DNA of 55,345 nucleotides from a virus (Duplodnaviria; Caudoviricetes): IMG/VR virus record IMGVR_UViG_3300044971_001115, positions 1 to 55,345 of that record; one strand, 5' to 3'. Shown piece by piece: positions 7,733 to 16,700 of this stretch (position 1 is its first letter; each line of letters starts with the position of its first letter). The notes under the pieces were generated by a model. It saw only the letters and a program-made list of their open reading frames with translations, ran no database searches and was not told where the DNA came from. The position numbers and the translations under genes were made by a program.

Positions 7733-10700
7733 ATGTCAGAATACCTAAGAAAAATCTTGGGTGCAGGCAAGACTCCCTTAATTAAATCCCAACCCCTTGC
7801 CGCACTTACCGCAGATGCTGGACCAGACATTCCCGGCGGCGAAGGTGCCAACAAAGGCTTCTGGCGTAAACAGCTACGCGACCCTAGAACTAAACAGTTC
7901 ATCCCTATGGATGCGTTTATCATATGTACGATAAATGTTCCAGGTGTAGGGATTTTCAAAGCTACCGGCCAGTTCAAGGGTAATAAAAAAATTGGCATCG
8001 CCACTATTCGAGTTGCTGGAAACAAAAATGTTCCAGACGGCGACTACCAGGTACCGCACACAGATGTTCTAGGTGCTGCCGAGGGTATGATCAAGCAGAA
8101 GGATCTAGACCGCGTACTAGATAAAGCTGACGGCGTCATTGACGACCCTAAGAATATTCTTCCGCCAGGAACCCCTATGGCTGGCGAATCGGTCAAAGCC
8201 CCCGTAGCTCTAAAAAAGGCAATCGACGGCGAAGAAGCTTTATCTAAAATCAAAGGCGAGGCCGCACTTGTTGCCAAAGAGGACGGACGTTTCCCTATTG
8301 CTCGTGGAGCAGGGGATATCAAAACCGCGGCTAAGCGTCAATACGCTGGAGTATTTGAGGCTTTAAAGAAAGAGCAGCCTGACCTAGTAAAAGACTTTAA
8401 CTCATTTGATGAGTTCTGGGCGTATGCCGACAAGAACATTGCTATCGACGCGTCTCAGCGTTGGGCAGACTCGGTAGACGAGATTCCCGAACTTACCAAA
8501 GCCACTAACCGAATCTATGCTCGTGATGTTCTTGGTATGGAACCAGACGGCCTAATCACTTTCTACCGTAACTCAATCAACCACCACAATGACCCAAACA
8601 AAGCCGCGGCCGGCTACATTTCGCTTGACCAGCGTATGGCCTGGAACTACAACTCCGACAAAGAGCAGTCTGGCCAGGACGGCCGCTATATCGTTAGAGT
8701 TAAGCCAGATGAGGTACTAGGTCTTCTAGGCTACAGCCGAGTTCCAGATGAGTATGGCGTTGTAGTTGGTATGGACGTCACGTCTCAGGAGGGTCGCTAC
8801 GAACGAGTAGGCGATCTAGCCTGGTCACCTCTAAACCCACTGATGGATCCGACTAAGACTCAGATGAGCGGCGGTGGCGACAGCTGGTTCCGTCAGTTCC
8901 GTCCAGCGTCTAGCTTTGACTTTCCTGTCTTAGACTCTAAGCCGTTTGAAGCTGGCGAAAGTTGGTCAGACTTCTATAAGCAGTTTAATATGCAGAAGGG
9001 CGACATCCCCAAGAAGTATGACGAACTGTTCGGAGAGGGTGCTTTTGATCAGGACTTCCCCGATAGCAGGGGAGTACCTAACTACAGTCGATTCGTAAAT
9101 AATGCTTTCACCGAAAAAGGTGGAAAGTACGCTTTTGATCCTCTATATCTTTCAACCGAGTTCCCGATGTCTAGTGCGACGTCGATGGAGCCTAACAAAA
9201 ATGACGAGCTCGATCTCGGTCTCAAGTTCCTATCCACCATTCAGGAACTTTCTGGCATCCCATTTATGGTCCACCGCAGCCACGATAAGAGCGACCCTCG
9301 CCTAAAGGTAAAAGAAGCAAAGACCAAAAAACCTAAGGCTGTAAAAGAGGCAGCAAAAGAAGTAGAGACTCCGGTTGGTTCCGTTGTTAAGGACCTAACA
9401 GGGTTCACTAAGGTCTCTGACCAGCTCGGCTCTAACAAGGGTGGACTATACAAAGACCCGATTACTGGTCAGCAGTTCTATGTTAAATTTGGCGACAAAG
9501 CTCGAATCGAGAACGAAGCCCTTGCGTCTGACATCTACAAACTAGCGGGAATCAACGCTACCGACCTACAAATCGGAACATTAGACGGCAAAGATGTAAT
9601 CTACTCGCCTTGGATAGAGGGCACGTCTAAAGATGTAAAAGATAAGATAATCCACCTCGCATCCACTGTAAACGAGAGAGAAACAAAAACTGATCCTAAA
9701 ATAAAAGCTTCTGTAGAAGAGGCTCAGCGGGGATTTGCTGTAGATGCTTGGTTAGCTAACTGGGACGCTGTAGGGTCTGCCTATGACAATCTAGTTTTTG
9801 ACAAAGATGGAAAGCCGCTCCGAGTAGATCCAGGCGGTGCTCTTCTTTATCGTGCTCGTGGTGAACTTAAGGGCGACGCGTTTGGTGATGAAGTAACAGA
9901 GCTGGACACCTTCACGCAATACTCTGGAACCCCCCTTGCCGGGAACACTGCTCTAGAACTATTTAGAAGTATGCCTAGACGCAGGAAATTTGAATCCGCC
10001 AAGATAGTCCACAAGATCACTCCGGAGCAGATCGAGCAACTGGTAGATAGCCGTATCTCTGATCCAGAAACTAGAAAAGTTCTTAAAGACCGTCTAATTG
10101 CTCGACGTCAGAACATTATTGAACGCTTCTCTCTAGAGGGTCTTGTCTCAGACAAGCAAGAAAAAGACGGAGACTCTTACGTAGACAAGGTCTACTATGA
10201 CGACATTCGGCGTTCTGAAGAACTTATGGCACCTGGCGGCCCTGGCGGTCCTAGAATCTCTACTGATGCCGGAGATACAAGCGGATATCTAGACCGATAC
10301 TTTGATGACAACGCTCCTCTTGTTGACGAGGTAGATGGTAATGATATTAAAGAAATTCTTCAGGCCACTGTAGTAAAAGATATGGTCAATACCGTCAACA
10401 AAGAAGAGGGGAACGATTCTTCTGCCAACGAGGTATTTAGAAGAGGCCTATACGGCACTTTAGTTGCTCAGCACAACATTGTCTACTCTGAACTTAAGTC
10501 TGAAGATTCTGACTTTGCTAATCAGTTTCCTACTTTTAACTCTTACTTTAAGTATGTTACAGAAGAGCTGGCGATCAGCGACAAACTCCTAGTTGGAGAT
10601 GTTAATAATAGCCTAGCCAGTGACTATAAAAAAGAAGCAGAGCACGCTCAGTCGTGGTCTACCTACTTTAGCCCGGAAAAAATGGCTCTTCAGAAGAAGA

Positions 10701-13700
10701 TTAACCGTAAGTATGCAGAGAAGATTCTAAAGCTGAATCCAGATGGAAAGATTCGAATCTATCGAAATGCTAACTCTCAGGTGTTTAAATATGACACTCC
10801 TGAAGCAGCACTAGCTGGTTACTGGAGTTTTGATAGAAACTTCGCCTGGGCGTTCAACTCAAATCAAACTGAAAGAAGTGCTAACCGATCCTCATATGCT
10901 GGTAGATACTCAGCACTGATCAGTGTGAATGAGATTACTGGAATCATTGGAATGATGCATGTCACGGATTACGAGACATACAAAACTGACAACGTGCTTG
11001 ACGAGATGCCTCTATCTATTCTTCCAAATGAAGTATTAAGAGGTGTACTATCTGACCAAAAATACCACGGAAGAACTAGAGACCTAACACTTCAATCTGG
11101 TGCCACCCCTAGAGTTGTCCAAACTATGGCCGCCGGGACGACTCAGTGGCGTAACAATAGGACTGCCCCGTATGTTCTATTTAATCCAGTTCCATTTAAT
11201 TTAGATGAACTGAAATCTAAGGCCAAAGAAAAGGGAATAGACCTAGACAACGTCATCGATCCTAGCAACGGTAAACCTAGAAGTTTGGAAAGATTCTTAA
11301 CAGAGCTTCCTGATGGTAGACACCAGATAGACCTATTCGGGGCATCAGACGATAACTCCTATGACCTAGGCATTTATGGAACAGACAGAATGTCTGATTT
11401 CCAAAAATTGATGTATCTTCAGACTCAGCTTGATGTCCCTCTTATAGTAAATAATTTTGCTAAGGACGCTGACGCACACAAGGTAGAAACGGATCAGTTC
11501 TACGGTGCCGCCGACCCGATGGTACAGAAGCTAGAACCAGCAAGAATTCAAAAATTTATTACTGTTCCCGAGCCTACCCTAGACCCCGGTGCGGTCCTCA
11601 GCGAGGCAGATCTGTCTGCAGTAAAGAAGAAAAAAGACTATTTAGATACAGCATTAGACGTATCCAAACAGTTCACAGCGGGAGATAATCAAGCCCCGTT
11701 CAATATGCTTGACCTCGCCGCTAAGGGTCGTGCTGATGTCGTAAATGACTACAGGCAACAAATTCAAGATATCTATGACGTTGCTAACGCTAAAGTATCT
11801 GCCGACAAAGAAGCAGTAGCTACAAAGGCCGCTGACTATATCCAGAGCAAAATTAAGTCCGCCAAGGATAGTATCTTTACCTACGAACAATCACTAAAAA
11901 ACGATCCAACCGCCAAAGACTGGGCTCCTGGTGCTATCAAAGATCAGGAAGAGATCATTGCTGAACTTGAGTCTGGTTATGATCGAACCACTAACCCTGG
12001 GCACGAGCCGGTTAAAACTCGTATTACTGACCTAGCTGATTACTACCTACAAACATACGACCCTGAGGGCTCGATCCGAGAGAAACTCTTCTCTGGGGCC
12101 TCCGAGCAAGAAGTAGTATCTGCACTAGAAAATACTCCCCTTTGGAAAGAACGCAAGGCTGCATTTGAAGCCGCTGGCGGAGACACTGCCAACGAGTGGG
12201 ACCTAGTTTTTAGTGACAATGATTCAGCCCTGGCTGCAGTTAAGTCAGCGTTTGCTAAAGACTCCCGCCTATCCGACGAAGAGAATGAGACCAACCGCAA
12301 GTCCGCCCTGGAAGAACTTCGCAATGGCGGGCTTCCTGTAGATGCCCCTGCAACAGAGCCAGTAGTCGAAACTCCTGCCGTAGAAGCTCCGGAAGTTAAA
12401 ACCGAAGCCCTCGGATGGGACTCTTTAGGCGGCCCTACCGAAGGCAGAGGCGAGTCCGAGCTCCTAGACAATCTAGTTGACGGCGACTTCCTAGATGTAG
12501 AAGCAATCAAAGACGGGGATGTTCCTAGAAACTTTGACCTTGATGATTTGATTGAAGAGCAAGCCAAGTCAGTGCGTTACTACAAAGGTGCCGGCTTTAG
12601 ATACATGAACAACCTCCTACGCCTCGGCCAGTCTGATGAACCCGACGATCTAATGGATAAGTTGAACAAATCTATCGCAGACGTTGACGAACTAATTGAC
12701 ACGTATGGCGATGTCTACACGGAGACTACAGTCTTCCGAGGGATGATCGACATGGGTAGATTCAAAGAAACTGATCCTCCGACAATCGTAGAAATCCTGG
12801 AGTCCGCTAAGCCTGGTGACATATTGTCTGACCCCGGCTATACAGCAGCTACCACGAATAGATCTATTGCTATTAGAGAGTATGGCCTAGGTAGAGGTTT
12901 ATCCGATGAAGTTACCATAAATGCATCCCAGGAGCAGTGGGTGCCTACAGTTTTCTTTGCTATCAAACTTCCTGAGGGCTCTAAAGCCCTAGGCCTACCT
13001 CTAGACACTAACTATGGTCGCGAAGACGAAGTAGTTCTTCCTAGGGGTGCTCAGCTCAAGATTAATGCCATCCGCAGAGTTCCGCAGGTTGATGCTGACG
13101 GCGAAGAGACTGGCCGTTTCAACTACTTCGTTGATGCCGAGAACATTCCTTCTGAAGAATCTAAAGAAGAGCCGGCAACCGGAAAACAAAAGAATCAACT
13201 TATTCGTCTATACAATAACGTTGAAAGTACAGAAGACAAGGAAGCCATCTTCGAGGCTGTTAAGGATGAAAACCTAACAGCAGCTAGGGCTAAAGAACTA
13301 CTGGAAGCTGATTACTCACCTAAGCCGGCCCCCGAAGTCCCTAAGGAAATGGCTGAACGCTTCTTTAATCCTAAGTATGGTGCCGGAGACTCTAAAACGG
13401 ACGTAGCCATGCTCCCTATCGACGAGGTAGAGAAGTACATAGTCCAAGACCGTGCTGGCAAAGACTCCTGGGGTGCTAGTAGCGATGCCACTATCGAGAA
13501 AATCACTGAAGAGCTTAAGAATGGTGGAAGCATCCGCGACCCGCTTGTCATCGACTTTGATGATGAGAACAACTGGGGAGCACTAGCCGAAGGCCACCAC
13601 CGCCTAATTGCCGCTAGAAAGGCGGGACTTAAGTACGTCCCTGTTCGTATACTTCGTGCTCAGGGGCGAAACGTGTCCTTCAAAAATAAGGGCAAGGGTG

Positions 13701-16700
13701 CTCCTCTAACCTTCTCCGCTGGTCCAGATAAGTTCGGCTATGTCCCTGGTGCTGCTCATGCCTCGCTTTTTGACCAGTTTGCAGAGAAGAAGCCAGAAAC
13801 TAAAGTTAAAAAATTAGGAAACGAACCTAACGTTAAAGCTAGCGATGAAAAAGTTGACATGCTTATCTCAAAGATTTCTAGATTAAAAATAGAGGATGTA
13901 GAAAAACTTAAAGAGGCAATTAAAAACGGCACCCTAACTAATGAACTAGCCGACGAGCTTTCTTCAAAAGCACCAGGAAGTCTTGACATTCTAAATGACC
14001 CTGTAATGCTTAAAGCCATACTAAAGAAGCACGTAGGTGATTCAGTAACTGCAGACGATATGCAAGATTTAGTCGATGGAAAACGCACCCAAGATGGGTA
14101 CGGTTTTTACCACGCAACAAACCGTGAACTTAAGGTTGGAGACATCATCCGCCCAACCGAGTCATTTGCTGCATCAGCTAGTCACGGTGGGCTATCGTTT
14201 GATATTAAAAAGGAAATGAGCCCTGAAGAGTGGGAGAAGAAGCGTGCTTTTGCCAAACTTGACGGTGGTCAAGGAGTAAAGGGATTGTCCTTCTACATCG
14301 CTAGGGCTGCGGAAATGAAGGGAGAACCTGATGGAATGGGCTATTTCTACAGAGTAAAACCTGTAGGAACTCTAAGTGCATTCCCCAGCCTAGAGCCAGA
14401 GTGGGTCACAGACGAGGGATGGGAGATTGTTCATGTTGTTGGAAGAGCATCAATTAACGATACCAGGGTTGATGACAGAATCCACTTTGATGAAGATACC
14501 GACACTCTATGGCACGACAATCCTGAAGAATACAATAGCCCTGATTACGGAAAACGTAAAACCGACGACATAATTGACACTTCCTCTGGTGACATGCCAG
14601 TTTTAAATCAAATAATAAAAACTGAAAGCACTAATGAAGTAGGAAAGGGTAATACCACCCTCTCCGCTGATTTTGATTATGTCAGCTACCGTAAATTTGA
14701 CTCATCATATTTAGACGAGGACGAGATTGAAGCAATTACGGAGTATCGAGCTGGCGGCTATGCTCAAATTAATGAATTACTTCGTACAGCGAGACTAAGA
14801 AATAGCGAAGTTCCAGAGGAAAAAGTTCAAAAATGGATTGACACTCTAGATAGTGCCATTGACACGTGGGGCTCTCCGATGGGGGGTTCGGTTAGAAATG
14901 TTGTGTATCGAGGTCAGGTCTTATCTGGTGGGTCAGCCCCCGAGGTAGGAGAAGCGGATATGACCGAGGTAATTAACCGTCTATCCCCTGGAATGATATT
15001 AGAGGATCGAGGATTTTTATCTGCTTCTACATCACCTACTATTGCCTACAAAGAGTTTGGTCCAGGTCTCTATGAAAGAGGTGCCGTCAAGGGTGATACT
15101 GTTTTCTGGGCTATCAATGTCCCAGAAGACGTTAAAGGCTTATTCTCTCCTCAAGATATTGGAATTGCTGCAGAAAAAGAAGTAATTTTTCACCGAAACT
15201 CTAAGTTGGCAATTAAGGGAGTTCGCAAGATTGTTGGACAAGACGACCATGCCCGATACTTTATCGAGGCCGATATGCTCGCTCCAGAGAGTGAACTTAT
15301 TCCTAAAACAAGAGAAGAATCCTCTGAATCATCTCCAGAGCTGGCCGAAACCCTTGCCGAAATTGCGAAGAACAGGGAAGAACCAGAGTCTACCGAACCG
15401 CCCAAGTCGGCAGAAAACGGCCCATCCATCTGGGGCAGAATCAATCTACGTAATATAAAAGACAGTTTCAAATACATAGCCGATGATCCAGAGTTCTCTG
15501 ACCTTGTAAAACAATACAGCGGGTCTGACGAAGATATAGACAAGCTTAAAGAAATTCTTACTGAAAAGGGTCTCAACAAGAAAAATGAAGTTAGCGACCC
15601 TTATTCTAAATTCACTAGTGCTGCTGAAAAAGAATATAAAAAGATAGATCCAAATCTGGACACCGAAACAGGCATTGCTCCAGCTTCTCCTTATGGTGGT
15701 ATTGAAGATAGCGGTCTAGGAACTACTGGATATGTAGACTCTTCGTCTGTACTCGATGCACTCGGAAAAGACGGCTGGACGTTCAATAATGATGATTCTG
15801 CAAGAGCTGCAGTTAAAAAGCGTATAAGTGAAGAAGGATTCACTTCTCCTGTGGTTTTGATTTATGATAGGGGTGCAAAAACCTTCAGCCTTAAGAATCT
15901 AGAAGCCGACTCGGATAGGATTATTGCTGCTCAGGATTTAAAGCGTAGCACTCCTGTTGTGGTTGAGATGGGGGGTATGTCATCTAATCCTAGATTCTTC
16001 GGTGCTATGTATACCCCTAAAAATCTCAAGCCGACCGAGGCAATTAAGGAAGACTACCCAGACGTTAGCGGTATCCCCGACCTACCAACCCCTAGCCGCT
16101 CTAAAGAAGAAAAAGACGCTATCGAGGCTTATCAAAAATGGGGCTTCTACGATTTGAAGACTCATATGGATTCTCCTTACGGTCACCCGGATAAGTCTAA
16201 GGAAGAGCGTGAAGATCTAGATAAGGTAGTAGACAATCTAGATAAGCTCACGTCTACTGAACCAATTCCCGACGGTACTACCCTGTATCGAGGGGTCGAC
16301 CTGAGCAACGATCCAGAATGGTACGAGTATTTCTCCGAGCTTAAGGCTGGAGATCGGCTACTTACGCCTACCCGATTCTCGTCTACAACACTTGACCCGA
16401 TTATTGCTGATGAGTATTCGGTTCCGCTCTCTAGAATCAAAACTGATCCCGAGAACACGAAGTCTGTAGTAATTAAAATTACTACAGGAGAGGGTGCTAC
16501 CGGAGCCGCTTTTGAGAATGACAAAACCTTGTTCTCTAGGGAGAAGGAAGTACTTCTACCTCTTACGGCAAACATAGAGGTAACCAAAGTCGAAAAAGAC
16601 TCTGACGGAGTTATCCGCGTAGAAGGCGTCTATTCCAAAACCCCTAAAGTCGAGAAACAAATCGAAGAAGGCGGCGGCTTCACTCTAACGCCAGACCCTG

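Noticed and set aside
14101-14445. Rifampicin-resistance gene (arr)
   Set aside because: Only an Arr-like fold motif within a polyprotein; the substrate cannot be inferred, so it is not called a resistance gene.
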